NCBI RefSeq assembly: GCF_006345805.1
Contig: NC_043011.1
Location: forward strand, 42,110,464 to 42,174,463
DNA: 64,000 bases
Direction of reading: 5' to 3'
DNA from: Octopus sinensis
Taxonomy: Eukaryota
The position numbers and the translations under genes are program-made. Position 1 is the stretch's first letter. The number at the start of each line of letters is the position of its first letter. The notes beneath the pieces were generated by a model, which was given only the letters and a program-made list of their open reading frames with translations, searched no databases and was not told the origin of the DNA. This document shows, in pieces, positions 50,556 through 64,000 of the stretch.

Positions 50556-51820
50556 GCACCAGACCTATACCCTTCCAGATTAACCATATATCTGCTACAT
50601 ACAAGAGTGGATCCTGGGTTAAGATTGCTGAGTGGTAGGGGTGCGCAATTTGAAGGTAAACATGGGAAAATCTTTTTTGAAATCTGCCTGGAAGTTGCTT
50701 GGTCCCTTCACCACAGACACATTACATACAGACATTAATTGTTGTTTAACCCCAGGTCATTGGCCACCGGCCGCGAAACGAGATAATACTGGCTGTAATT
50801 TTACAAAGTGAAAGCAAACCCCTTTATTCAAAGATCACCAATAAAGCTATCTGTGTTGTTTATCCTCAGATCAATTCTGATCGAACAAACTTAAGATCAA
50901 AAGCTTTCCAGCCATGACCATACCGTCTTTTTTCATCTCAGTGTACCCATAACCACAGTTACGTTATATAATTATATAATACATGAAGTAACTACACAGA
51001 AAACTTGTGGGGGATTGCCAAAACTTTAGTAGGGACCACTGATGGATCCAGTGAAAGAAACTGGTTATTAGAAACAAGGAAGACATTAAGGTCCGAGAGG
51101 CTATGGCTGGGAAAATGGGACAAGACGTTGTCAATCACTCCAATCGGCAGCTGAAAAGTAGAGGAAAACCGAGCCTTTTTTTAAGCATCTCCTTCCTGTC
51201 ATTGGATGGGTCCACCTGGATGACGTTGAGTCATAGAAGTCTTTTTGTTGGTTTGATGATAACATGTGGGTTGGACCGGTACATTCAATTCACTCCTCTG
51301 TCCCATTATCTAACATGTTCATAGTCAAACACAGCGAGTTGACAACCCATACATCTCGTTAATAACATCAACACACACAACCTTACACATAAATATAATT
51401 TGCATTTTGCCGGGTTTAAGTGGGAATAAAATAATGGCTTGTTATGTTATAAGTGGTCCGCATGAAATATAATTTTATTGTTTGGACAGTGAAGCAGGAA
51501 ATAGGATAGATTTTTAATGATTAAAGAATAAAGAGTAAATTGCTTTACAACTTTACTCGACAAGGCCATCGAGTGTTCAGCTGGAGGATATATTTAAAGC
51601 CGGTTTAAGTCGACATTCGTGCTTACATGACTGGAGGTCTTATTTATTTCCTTGTCTTGATCGCAGAAGAATAAAACAAGGTTGACCTCGGGAAATTTGA
51701 ACTCAGAAAAATTAACTTAGAAGGTTTATTTAATTATATTGACCACGTAGGAGTAAAACATAGGGCTGACATTGACGGTATTTGAACTCAGAACCACAGA
51801 GGTTGGCATTCTACTGACCT

Positions 51821-51852
<32 letters not shown>

Positions 51853-51949
51853 ATTTAAGATTGATAGGTAAGTGATGAGAGATTATCAAGGGATAAGAGG
51901 GGGTGGATAGATAAATGGACGTGGATTATCAGTTTGATGATGACTGCAA

Positions 51950-52066
51950 GGATGAATGGACAGATGGGTGGCTAAGATAGACTGGACGAGTGGAGTAACA
52001 GATAGATAGATGGAAGGACAGAGAGACGGGTGGGTAGATGGAGGGATGGCTGGCTGGATAGATAGG

Positions 52067-52098
<32 letters not shown>

Positions 52099-52368
52099 AG
52101 AGAGATAGATAGATAGGTAGGTAGGTAGATAGATAGATAGATAAGTTTCTTTATTGGCCACACAGGGCTGCACACAGATGGGACAAGTTACAAGGTAGAG
52201 CTTTTCTTTTGGGGGATGAAAAAAACAAAAAACAAAAGAAACACAAAAAAAAGGTGGCGTAGGTTTTCGATCAAAAGGGATCGTAAAAGGAAAAAAGAAG
52301 AACAAAAAAAAAGATAGATAGATGATAGATAGATAGACAGGTAGGTAGAAAGATAGACGACAGATAGA

Positions 52369-52452
<84 letters not shown>

Positions 52453-52640
52453 CGGATGAAGAGAGGGACAGGTGGATAGATGGAGGGACGGTTGACTGGC
52501 TGGATATGGCTGTATTGATGATAGAGAGATAAACAGATATTGACTGAGAGATTGCTGGTACGACAGACAGGTGGAGAGAAGGATAAGATGGATTGGATGT
52601 AGGTGGATGGATTGACAGGTGGATCGGATGGATGGATAGG
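51950..52640. repeat. (GATA)n/(GACA)n/(GATG)n compound microsatellite with an embedded retroelement-like 3' end (52140-52310, minus)
   Basis: Seen directly. The minus strand reads T-rich UTR, AATAAA, then (TATC)n. Confidence 0.8.
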
Positions 52641-52725
52641 TAGGGAAATTTAAAGAAGCAAAGATACGTAATACAAAAAGAAAATTAAAGAAGATCAAAG
52701 AAACATTACAAAAAAAACGTGAACA

Positions 52726-53115
52726 GGCGCAGGAGTGGCTGTGTGGTAAGTAGCTTGTCTACCAACCACATGGTTGCGGGTTCAGTCACACTGCGTGGCA
52801 TCTTGGGCAAGTGTCTTCTGCTATAGCCCCGGGTCGACCAATGCCTTGTGAGTGGATTTGGTAGATGGAAACTGAAAGAAGCCTGTAGTATATATGTATA
52901 TATATATATGTGTGTATGTGTGTGTGTTTGTCCCCCTAGCATTGCTTTACAACCGATGCTGGTGTGTTTATGTCCCCGTTACTTAGCGGTTCGGCAAAAG
53001 AGACCGATAGAATAAGTACTGGGCTTACAAAGAATAAGTCTTAGGGATCGATTTGTTCGACTAAAGGCGGTGCTCCAGCATGGCCGCAGTCAAATGACTG
53101 AAACAAGTAAAAGAG
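52726..53115 (+). mobile_element. SINE family A, young copy about 170 bp inside integrin intron 1
   Basis: Head-to-tail match. Confidence 0.92.
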
Positions 53116-53288
53116 TATAGGGTGATAAAAGGAAAGAGAGGAGTGAAAGAAACAGAGACGGATAATAGAGAAAGTAGAAGAGAAAGAAAGACAAGCTGAG
53201 AGAGAGAGAGAGAGAAAGTGAAGCAGCGAAAGAGAGAAAGTGAAGCAGAGAGAGAGTGAAGTTGAGAACGAGAAAGTGAATTACTTAC

Positions 53289-53482
53289 TTGGGATTTTCT
53301 TGTTGCTGTGGATGTTGGTAAAAAGCCAAAGAATATCCGAAATAAGATCCGTTGGGCCCCGATACGATAAAAACATTTCTTGTGTCGATGTTGAACGTGA
53401 AAGCCGACGGCACAAACATTGACAACAGCAACAACGGAATAACTAAAGCTGTAGACCGGCAAGAAGCCCCCTCTGCAACCAT
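53289..53482 (-). CDS. ITGA: Integrin alpha chain, first coding exon (signal peptide plus start of beta-propeller FG-GAP repeat 1)
   Basis: The ORF MVAEGASCRSTALVIPLLLLSMFVPSAFT-FNIDTRNVFIVSGPNGSYFGYSLAFYQ has a hydrophobic signal peptide followed by the integrin-alpha mature N-terminus FN[LI]D...GP.GSYFGYS. The ATG context is acaATGG. A consensus donor AA|GTAAGT lies at 53288-53283 (phase 2). The specific paralog cannot be determined. Confidence 0.9.
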
Positions 53483-55573
53483 TGTTGCTAGTTTCGTTTC
53501 AAAGAAAGAATGGTAAGGATGTGGCGGGGGAAAGGATGGATGGCGAAGGAGGAGAGATTGACGCGGTTAGTGGGGTTTTTTTTTTCTCTCTGGGGAGGAA
53601 GAGGTGTGTTTTTTGTTTGTTTGTTTGTTTTTATAAGGGATCGGTGAAAAGGGGCTGCTAGGGTGTGTTAGATGGTTGTAGTGTTGTTGTTGCTGTTGTT
53701 GTTTTTTGTCTCATGAAGGTGGAGTGTTGTTGCTGTTGTGATTGCTGTCTTCGAGGATCGCCTGTACTGATATATAAATGCTGGGGGGAAGGTCGGCAAC
53801 CAAGATTTCATACATGTGTTGGGTTGTGTGTGTGTATATATATACATATATAACATATAGTTTTATATGTTGGGATATCCTACATTTTTGTGTGCAAATA
53901 TGTGTTAATTCTGGGGTATCCTATATATATTTATACATACATACATTTGTGCGTGTATGTTGAGGTAGCCTACTTTTGTGAGTGTTTATAATATGGGTAG
54001 ATAAACGTGCGTATGTTGGGCTATGCTGCGTATATTTCTTAAGAATATTCTGTTTTATTGTTTGCTTGTAGACATTAGACATAACATCCTAAATCTACCA
54101 ATATATTTTCTCTTAACTTGTGGACACACTGATGTGTGTATTTGTGTGTGTACTATATAGTTGATATGTGTACTACTTTAGCACGTGTTTGTTGTATACC
54201 GCAAGAATTCGTCTTCTTCTTACACGCATGCAAGTGTGCGCGTGTATGTCTGTATATAGCGTTGAACGTAGATGTGAATACTACTGACTCGTCTGAACGA
54301 ATATATATCCGTATATAACTAACAATGATTGCTCTTGAAATATATACAGATGTATAGATATGCTTGTGTATATATATACATATAATTTGATGTATATATA
54401 TATGTTTGTTTATGAGTGGGATTCAAGTAGAGTCAAGCTGGAAATCCATCACGTTTACTCAGCATCTATTCTTTCGGACGTTCACTTTGAGGAGACACAA
54501 AACTTTTTTTTTTCACTTCTTCGATATGGTAAAACTCCATACAGAATGGATTAACAGGGCGGACAGGGTGCGGCCGGTGAGCGCGTGGGGATTGTTATTG
54601 CTTTAGCGAGTGTGTGTGTGTGTGTGTGTGCAGTAATTTTTCTCTTCTGTTTATTACTCTGATGCTGTTTCAATATTTTTTTCAAATATTCGTTATAAAT
54701 ATAGTATTTACTTGTTTTTGTAACTGGTTTGCAAACAAAAACAACAACAGTAGGATATTTAATGAATGAGTGTAATTAAGCCAGTGTATGTGTTGATTAT
54801 ATTGACGTAATTAATGACTGTCTGTAGATAATACTTCCTTTTTTTTTTTCTTTTTATGGTTAATAGTTACTAGTGTTTAACCCCTAGGCGGCTAGGATCA
54901 ATTCAGAGGGTACCATCCAGGCATTTCCCTGCCATATTCAATGTATTTAGCATCACTTTATCCAATGCGAAGTATATTTTCTTTTATAAATTTTAAATTT
55001 TTAGTTGGTGGAGCGTGATTTAAAGAAGATTTGACTGCTATTTTTTTTAGCAGGCCAACAAGTAAACCACGTAAAATCTCCCTTGTTGACACGATTTGTG
55101 CAATTCGCTGCTGTTGTATATTTTGTGATTGTTCTGCTAGTTTTCAGGTACTCCTGGATTCTTGCATTTATAATACAAAGATATGTAAGTTACTCCGTTT
55201 GGTTGGTTGTTCTTTTATTTTCCTGTGGATTGTTGTTGTTGTTGTAGTTGTTGTTTGCTGCTGTGCTTGAGACACGAAGGAATATCAAACATCAATAACA
55301 ATAAATATTAATTACAATATCGATGGCATTTCTAACGACGATGCCGGGTAAATTAGTCATGCACATATATATACATGCACTTACACACACAATCAAACAA
55401 ACTCAAGCACACCACACACTCAAACATATACATACATGCATATACGTCTACTTTCACGCTCGATGTTGTTGTTGTTGTTGTTGATCATCAGCAGGCCACA
55501 GTTGTTTCGCTCTCGACTCTGCCTGACTGAATGTCTGACATCTCAGAGCGGCCGGTTTAAACATGACGGTAGC

Positions 55574-55609
<36 letters not shown>

Positions 55610-55667
55610 GGTGGTGGTGGTAGTGTAGGTGGTGGTGGTGGTGGTAGTAGAGATGATGGTGCTGTTG

Positions 55668-55865
55668 AAATGCTTAGCGGTATTTCGTCGTCTGCCGTTA
55701 CGTTGTGAGTTCAAATTCCGCCGAGGTCGACTTTACCTTTCATCCTTTCGGGGGTCGATAAATTAAGTACCAGTTACGCATTGAGGTCGATGTAATCGAC
55801 TTAATACCTATGTCTGTCCTTGTTTGTCCCCTCTGTGTTTAGCCCCTTGTGGGTAATAAAGAAAT
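55668..55865 (+). mobile_element. SINE family B, slightly 5'-truncated
   Basis: Matches the reverse complement of 44361-44588. Confidence 0.88.
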
Positions 55866-57419
55866 AGGTTGTAGTAGTAGTAGTGGTGATGGTGGTGGTG
55901 GTGGTGGTGGTGGATATGATGAAGATGACGGTGGTGGTAGTAGAGATGGTGGTGCTGTTGTCGCTGGTGGTGGTGGCGGTGGTTGAGATGCCGGTACTTG
56001 TGACAGTGATGGAAGGTGGTAGTGGTGGCGGTAGAGACGACGATGGAGATGGTGGAAATGGTGGGGGTAATAGAGATGGAATATAGTGTAGTGTTAGTGG
56101 TAGTGGCGATGGTGATGATGATGGTGGTGGTGGTAGTGATGGTGGTGATGGAAAATAAACGGGAGGAGAAGAGATGAGTGAATGAAAGAAGATGAATGTG
56201 CGAAAGTAAAAGTCACATTCTTAGTTTCAATCTCGAGTCTGTGTGCATGTTTTAGTACGTGTATGTTAGTGTGTGTGTGTGTGTATGTGTTACAGGGTGC
56301 GCCTTATAGTGTTATAGTATATGTGTGTGTACCTCATAGTATCTGTATGTCTGTGTGCCTTATAGTATGTATGTGTTTGTTACAGTGTGTGTTACAGTGT
56401 GTGTTACAGTATGTGTTCGGTGTGTGTTTCTCTGAATGACTGATTCATGTACATGCAAGAGCTGTGAGTGAGTGAGTGTGTGGGTTTGAGTTAATTAAAT
56501 CCAAGGTGCATTCTCGTTGTGCATAAAATAGTGAAGCTGAGGAAAATGACGACAGTGGTGGTGGTGGTGGTGGTGGTGGTGGTGGTGGTGGTGGTGGTGG
56601 TGGTGGTGGTGATGGTGGTGGTGGTGAGCGAAGAACGAGATGCAACTTTTCCAGAAAGCCGACTCACCTGTAAATTGCTCTTACAGCCCTTCATTGAATC
56701 TCTCCTTTCCCCCTCCGTCACCCCCACTGATATTTTTGACAACGGCATGAATGCCACAACATATCATACCTGTTACCCCCCCCCCCCCCAAAAGATTTAA
56801 AGATATGCTCAAACCTCTCAAAGAAACCAGGGTTATTCCGAAACCACTTGTCAAAGTGCTAAATTCGATGTTACAGTCAGCTGTTCTCCTCGCCGCAAAT
56901 TTCAAGCCTTGTTCCCTGCTTATGTTAGAAAGTATTATTAAGGGAGCGAGCCAGCAGAATCCTCAGCACGCCGGAGAAAGTGATTTGCGGCATTTCTTCC
57001 GGCTTTACGTTCTGAGTTCAAATTCCACCGAAGTCGACTTTGCCTTTCATCCTCTCAGGTCGATAAAATCAATACCAAGTTGAAATTGCTGGCCTTGTGC
57101 CAAAATTTGAAACCATTATTATCATTATCATTGATAAGGTGACAGATTGGCAGAATCGTTAGAGCACCGGGAAACTATAAAAATGCTTCACAGTATTTCT
57201 TCTAACTCTTTACGTTCTGAGTTCAAATTCCGCCGAAGCCGACTTAGCCTTTTATCGTTTGGAGGTCGGTAAAATAAAGTACCAGTCAAGTACCACTATC
57301 AAAGTAATCGACTAACCACTTCCCCTTAGGATTGCTGGCATTCTGCCAGAATTGAAACTCATTAGAATTGGTAATATCGTCTCACCAAAAACTGACATTG
57401 GGTTTCGATTGTGCTACTT

Positions 57420-58830
57420 CGTCATCATATCGTCGTCGTCGTTGTCATCACCAATATCTATGAATTACAAATTTCACTTAGTTCGAGCACAATGGCAGGT
57501 TTACTCCTTGTCCCTTTCCATCATCAGTTTCCCTATTTAATCAGTCACAGTACTACTGAAACTTCATGATTAGGAAGGACGGCGTCCACGGTTCATTTTC
57601 TCGTAGGTCGGCTTCCAGATTATGATTTGGCTGGGGAACTTCTTGCTCTGTTGTTATCTACGATATAGCTGATCATTAAGCTTCTGAAAACTGTTGAAGG
57701 TGCCCTGCTCAAGCGGGTCTCTTACTTAAAGTACCTCAGATCATTTGTAGTGGGTTCAGAGACAGAGACAATATCTTGGCGAGCGTAACCCTGGAGTGGC
57801 AACCACACAATGAGATGAAAAATATCTAAACCTGCCATTGTGCTCGAACTAAGTGCAATTTGTAATTCATAGATATTGGTGATGACAACGACGACGACGA
57901 TATGATGACGAAGTAGCACAATCGAAACCCAATGTCAGTTTTTGGTGAGACGATATTACCAATTCTAATGAGTTTCATTATGGGGGAGGTCACTATAAAG
58001 TTGTTCAATGCTTACAGTCTGTATCTAACTGCAGTAAAAGAAAAAAAGCAAATGACGAAGGCCTTCTGGAGCATCCAAGTGTAGCAATCGCTGTCGAACT
58101 TGGCCACAGACTTTTTATGAAGATCCAAATTTCACATCCAAAAGAAGGATTTTAATTAACGTTTTGAAGATTCTTTTGAATTGACTCGAAAGGCTGAAGG
58201 TTTAGATATTTTTCATCTCATTGTGTGGTTGCCACTCCAGGGTTACGCTCGCCAAGATAGTCTCTGTCTCTGAACCCACTACAAATGATCTGAGGTACTT
58301 TAAGTAACAAACCCGCTTGAGCAGGGCACCTTCAACAGTTTACAGAAGCTTAATGGTCAGCTATATCGTAGGTATTGTATTTCGTCTTCTTAGCATCGAA
58401 GTATAATTCTACTTTGTTATATTCGGTTTCTATTCTGGACTGAAAAGAATGAACGTTTAAGATTTTGTCCGAAAACAAAGTAATGTCTTTGATAAAGTTC
58501 AGGTTACATTTCACTGAACTCACCCATCTTGGTTTCCTTTGTGTAATAACGAAGTCCAGTTCCTCATTAACTGCTCCCCAGAGGACGTAGTCTACAACCT
58601 TGATGAAGATGGCTGGCACCAACGCGTCACCTTGCAGCACCCCTGCCCAGGGCTCAAACTTTTCCGTTTCATCATTCAATGTAATCGTCCGCGCTATGGT
58701 GGTGTTGTGCGTGGCCCCCAAAGAACGGAGGTCACGAGGTAGGGTTCCGTACGTTTTACAGATCTTGATCTCTCCCCAACCCAATAAAATCAAAGGTTTC
58801 TTTGCAAACGATAAACATTAAGAGAACTGC
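57420..58830 (-). mobile_element. Rearranged RTE-clade LINE (RT domain to 3' tail)
   Basis: GVLQGDALVPAIFIKVVDYVL...LNFIKDITLF (RT); then GCEIW...DCYTWMLQKAF; then IWKPTYEKMNRGRRP...LMMERDK; then a (GAC/GAT)n tail. Confidence 0.85.
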
Positions 58831-59553
58831 TAAGTTGTTTTTCTTGACCTCTTCATAACACTTGCTGACAATACCAGGTAAATCCCCCTCTCCTAATACT
58901 GATGTTTGTTGTTGTTTAGCCTCTGGTCAGTACTGATCGAGCAAATATCTATTATCGAAAGACATTCCAGTCGTGGCCATCCAATCATTTTCTTCCAAGT
59001 ACTTTTGGGGCCACATTGTCCACTGTAAATGTGATTTCAACGATATTTGCCTGCTTTATCTAGCAGAATAAGCGACCAGATTGAGGCACTTTCGCTGGCC
59101 CGTTTTCATTATTTTCAAGTTGATCAGGTTTGAAAACAGACGAGCTGAAAAAATGATTTGTAGTTCTTGTCCCGAATCTTTACATTCTGAGTTCAAATCC
59201 CACCAAAGTTGACTTTGCCTTTCATCCTTTCAGGGTCGATAAAATAAGTACCAGTTTAATACTGAGGTCGACGTAATCGACTTACCCCCTCCCCTGAAAT
59301 TGCTGGCCTTGTGCCAAAATTTGAAAGCATTATTATTAAGGCGGTAAACTGGCAGAATCGTTAGCCCGCCGGACAAAATGCTTAGTGACATTTCGTCCGT
59401 TTTCACGTTCTGAGTTCAAATTCCGTCGATGTCGACTTTGCCTATCATCCTTTCGGGATCGATAAAATAAATACCAGTTGATTATTGGGGTCACTATCAT
59501 CGAATAGCCTTCTCCCCATAAAATTTCAGTCGTTGTGCCTATAGCAGAAAGGG

Positions 59554-59585
<32 letters not shown>

Positions 59586-59793
59586 TAGTTTTATTTTTAT
59601 AGCGTGCTTTCACTTCACTACCGAGCGCAGCTCTGTGTGCCTTGGGTATGTGCTGTGATTTGTTGTGATGCTCTGATGGTTATTGTATGGAAAGTGTTCT
59701 GCGTAGGATGTGTGCAGTGCCCAGTAGTGCAATTTTCTGTATGTTATATGTGTTTGTAAGTCCTGGTGTTTTTGTTATGTATTTGTCTGAATA

Positions 59794-59845
<52 letters not shown>

Positions 59846-59859
59846 GGTTCCGATACTGG

Positions 59860-60480
59860 TGCAGGGCGTCAAGTTCAAGGAATGGTTAAAATTGTGACGT
59901 CACAGAAAAGAATTGGGGCTTTTGATTTGTGTTACGTTTCTGGCACATAAACCAATCTTCAAGAGGTCCCTAATTGCAGGTTAGGTAGTGTATGGTGGAG
60001 TGGGGGTAGAGACAGAACAGCTTCATTTTCTTGAAGAATATGAAGATGGTGCGAGTGAGAGGCATCGACTGTGTCAACGGGACCAGAACATAAAACAATA
60101 ATAGCATGGAGAAAATAACAAACAACAAAAAAAAACAAACCAGACGGGTGGTGGGATGAAGGGGGGGAGTATGAACGGTAAATGATGTGGGAAGGAACGA
60201 GTTGGATGGATGAGAAGAGGAAGATAGACAGAGCTGAAGGGGATTGCAAGAAGGAGACGTAGGGGGGTGGAGGAAGTGGAGGGATAGGAAGAATGAGATA
60301 AAATTAAGCGAACAGATAAAAAAAAATGAACGATAAAATAAATCAGAGAGATAAAGATGGGGTGTGTGGGGCTGGAACCATTTATGTGGAAATGATGTGG
60401 GGAGGTATGAGGCTGGGGGGTGTAGGTTAATGGTAGAGAAAGGGCGAACCCCCTTTCGCTCAGTCAATCATGAAAAGAAA
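59860..60480 (-). mobile_element. Probable Penelope-like element 3' end/pLTR remnant
   Basis: Pyrimidine-rich tract on the minus strand followed by cttgaagattgg...ccagaaacgt, which resembles PLE pLTR ends. No clear ORF motif. Confidence 0.35.
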
Positions 60481-60646
60481 AATAGTGTGAAATGCAACAG
60501 AGGAAGGGTACACACAAACTCAGACATCACACACACACACACACACCTAACACAAACATTACACAGACATCACACAGATACATACACACACAGACGCACA
60601 CAAATTCATTCACACTCACACACAGGGGCACATATAGATAGAGGGA

Positions 60647-60687
<41 letters not shown>

Positions 60688-60944
60688 GCACAAAGTAGAT
60701 TAGATAATTAGGTTTGTACGTTCATGTGTGCGTGTATGTGTGTGTGTGTGTGTTCGTACAAGAGAGGAAAAGACAGACGGGGTAGATATAGGGTAGTTTA
60801 GACAGCGAGAGAAGAAAAGAAAGGCTTGTTAGATAAATTGAAAACTCGAGAAAAAAAAAGGTTCAAAGAATGAGCGAGCGAGAGAGAGAGAGAGAGAGAG
60901 AGAGAGTAACAGTATATAGATCGACAGAGTTGGAGAAGGGACAC

Positions 60945-60996
<52 letters not shown>

Positions 60997-61516
60997 AGCA
61001 CGGAAAGAAGGCGATAACGGATGGTTGAGATCGACGCAAAATAAAATACGGAAAGAAAGAAAAATATCGAGTTAGCGTGGAGAGAGAAGAAAAGAGATAG
61101 AGAAGATGTAGAGGTGGTGGTGGTGGTGGTGGTGGTGGTGGTGGTGGCGGTGGAGTCGCTGGAGTCAAATTGACGATGACGGAAAGGCAACAGGAAAAGA
61201 ATTAACTTATCTCACAATTTACGTTTTTTCTTCTTCTTCCTTCGACCCTTCAATTACATCTTTCGTTCCCCCCACCCACCCACCCACCCATTCTTTTTCT
61301 CTTTTTCTTTTTCCTTATTTCACCCACCCCCTCTCCCTTTCACACACACCTTTCTTTTCGTCTATTTTTCTATTTCATTGTTATATTTTCCTCTTTCACA
61401 AAAAACTCGACAACACTGGATGGATGCTGGGCTGAATTTTTTTTTTTTTTAGTTCTGTATTTTGAATGGTACGCAGAGATGTTTACATTTACATTTATAT
61501 ACACTTGTGCCCGCGT

Positions 61517-61567
<51 letters not shown>

Positions 61568-61678
61568 CACACACACACACACACGCACGTACACACACCC
61601 CACACATGATTGCTCACATTCCCACTTACACGCACACATGCATTCAAATACTGACACCTTCGAAATGAACACATCAAT

Positions 61679-61719
<41 letters not shown>

Positions 61720-61759
61720 CCGAGTCATCGTAGAAAATTATGCTCATTTTCTTTATACA

Positions 61760-62490
61760 GCATGGCCAGATGTTGCGACTCTCGTCTCCTCAGAGAAAAC
61801 TGCTATATGGAAACTAGGTCTATTATATTACAGTTATCGTTAGTGTTACTCCCATTTCATGCCATGGCTATTGAAATCACGATCTTCGGCTTCGTAGATG
61901 ATGGTGTTTCAGGCATTTCTAGGTGCATAGATGTTGGTTTATAACCTGGATTGATGGTAAACCTTCAGAGTTCAACGGTTAAGACTTAATTGGTTTTCTC
62001 CTTCTTTGGTGCTAATTCGGTGATTGTCCCAGTTTTCGCTAGAATGATGTTTCTGTATTTCTGGTGTGGTCTTTCTATGAGAGTTGTAATACATTTCACA
62101 ATAGAGCGAGGGTTGTTTGGTCCACGGTGGGGTTTCTTGTAGGCAGAGGATATCACAATGATAATCTGTACAGTGCAAACAACTCTTCAGTCGGTGTTTA
62201 AATAAATTTGTAAATGTTTATTCTTTATCTAACATTTCCTGTAAGACACAGTTGGTCTCTCCTTTCTCTCTTGATTTCCAAATCTGTTTTGAAAGTAGTG
62301 TTCTTTTTCTTTTTCCTTTTTTCTTCTTTTCAAGAAGCGATGACGACGGAAGGAGTTGATGTATTGCTGTGAAGGCGCCCCACGTGGAGACAATTTGATA
62401 GATTTGTTTTTCTCCGAGTATTTGGGTTCTTAGTAAATTTTCAAGTATTTTAATATCAGGATGTCCAGCCTTAAAATGACGGATGTTGAG
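61760..62490 (-). mobile_element. Degenerate LINE apurinic-endonuclease region
   Basis: CDILCLQET (ORF 61972-62178), then TNIYAPRN and DRDFNSH in downstream frames: APE motifs. Confidence 0.7.
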
Positions 62491-62606
62491 CAAACAGCGA
62501 TAACTTGTTTCTGCTCTTTCTTGCTGCTCTTGGGTTACTGTGACAAGCGAGGTGACTGCAGCAATGATATTAATGGAAACGTTACAATGTATTCTCTATT
62601 CATTGC

Positions 62607-62638
<32 letters not shown>

Positions 62639-63127
62639 CATACATAGAAGTGTGTATGTGTCAATGCACACACACATACATATATTTATATATATATATA
62701 TGTATATGTTGGGGTGTGTCTATTTTAGTATCGACAGTCATTGCTAGTTGTCTTCTGTACTCCAAGCATTTTGCTATTTGGTAGTTTTATATTATTGTTT
62801 TGTTAGATCGTGCGTTTGTGAAATAATATTTTATTTCCGATTAATGTTGCATAATTGACCTACTGCAAAGTGCGCTGCTAGCATGACCTATGTAACAAAT
62901 ATTTCCAACAACTTCACGTCTTCCATATTTATACTGATGGCCGTATACCACATAGGTGGCTGGTTTCAGCTATGTTTCTAGCTGGGTTTATTCGCTAGAG
63001 GTTGTTTGTTTTTTATTGTAATGATATTGTTATCATACTATATAATATGAAGAGATTTTATTTTCATTACAAAACCTTGCTTTTTAAGTGTGACGTAGAA
63101 TTTTGCCTTTCATAATGTCTTTTTGTC

Positions 63128-63163
63128 ATCTATATGTATACAACTGAGAATGTGTGTTTGTGT

Positions 63164-63210
<47 letters not shown>

Positions 63211-63440
63211 TATCTGTCTGTCTGCATTCATCACTAAAACGAAAGAACTACTCAACAGATTTCATTCAAATTTTACACATGCCTTAATTAGGGTCCATGC
63301 AGTGTCATGGGCCAAAAGAATTTTCAGATCCTTGCCTAATGCAAGCCTGGAGCAATATCTTATCTCTCACTCTAGTTCAGTAATACGTGTCAAAAGTGAA
63401 ACAAAGACCTATATTGTAATGTGAGATAATACTTTCAGTT
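63128..63440 (+). mobile_element. Helitron/HINE-like non-autonomous element 5' part
   Basis: Begins tctatatgtatacaactgagaatgtg, then a (TG)n/(TCTG)n microsatellite, then gaactactcaacagatttcattcaaattt. This layout resembles non-autonomous Helitron-type elements. Confidence 0.35.
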
Positions 63441-63571
63441 TTAATTGTGAAAATATTAATACTTTCACTATGTATATATATATATTTCATTTCTATTACT
63501 TTCACTATGATATATTTATGTATGTATATGTATGCATACATATATATGTAATGTATATGTATGTATATACA

Positions 63572-63622
<51 letters not shown>

Positions 63623-64000
63623 TATATATATGTATGTATGTATGTATATATATATCTTCATGTGTGTACTGGAATTGATTGTGGCAACATTTGAAATTTT
63701 GTCTAGGTAAATGCAGCTGATGAAGACTTGCTTCACCCGAGTGTAGACGGCATTTTCTGTGGCTCCTTTGCCGTTCTCAAAAATAGCGTTCGTATATTTT
63801 TCTCGTTTGGCTTAACAACCCTTCTTTTCTGTGTTACTGTTATTCTCCTTGTCCTGTCTTTTACTGTTTATATTTTGTACTGTCGTTACTGTCCTGTTTT
63901 TGTTATCATTTTTACCCCTCCGCAAAAAAATCTCAAATTTTATTTAATTTGCTTTTCGCGGGAAGGAATGTTTCAGCTGAAGTTGCGTCTCGCCTTCACC

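Noticed and set aside
51886-52698. 270-aa minus-strand ORF
   Set aside because: It is a translation of (TATC)n/(TCCA)n microsatellites.
59925-59970. Hammerhead-like cttgaagattgg...ccagaaacgta on the minus strand
   Set aside because: The core has an extra base and stem I does not pair, so I kept it only as weak PLE evidence.

Overview
AT-rich, microsatellite-dense animal genomic DNA. The SINE and RTE-LINE repertoire points to an octopod cephalopod such as Octopus (inference from repeat families, no database search). The only host coding sequence I can support is exon 1 of an integrin alpha chain on the minus strand (53289-53482). Everything to its left is probably its very large first intron, or intron plus unrecognised exons. 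The rest is layered transposon debris: at least three tRNA-derived SINE families, RTE, CR1/L2-like and endonuclease-bearing LINE fragments, a deleted Gypsy element, Tc1/mariner remnants and many MITEs. The most notable observations are: (i) two neighbouring, homologous fold-back elements, each exactly 308 bp with GGTAC termini and a 9-bp TSD, but with unrelated internal tandem repeats (47086-47393, 47899-48206; Merlin-like); (ii) small fold-back or pLTR-like elements carrying hammerhead-ribozyme motifs, one apparently intact (16525-16567); (iii) local evidence for SINE-LINE 3' tail pairing; (iv) an apparent CpG-decay boundary near 25-28 kb; (v) several template-switch-type rearrangements. All coordinates were counted by hand and may be off by a few bases.
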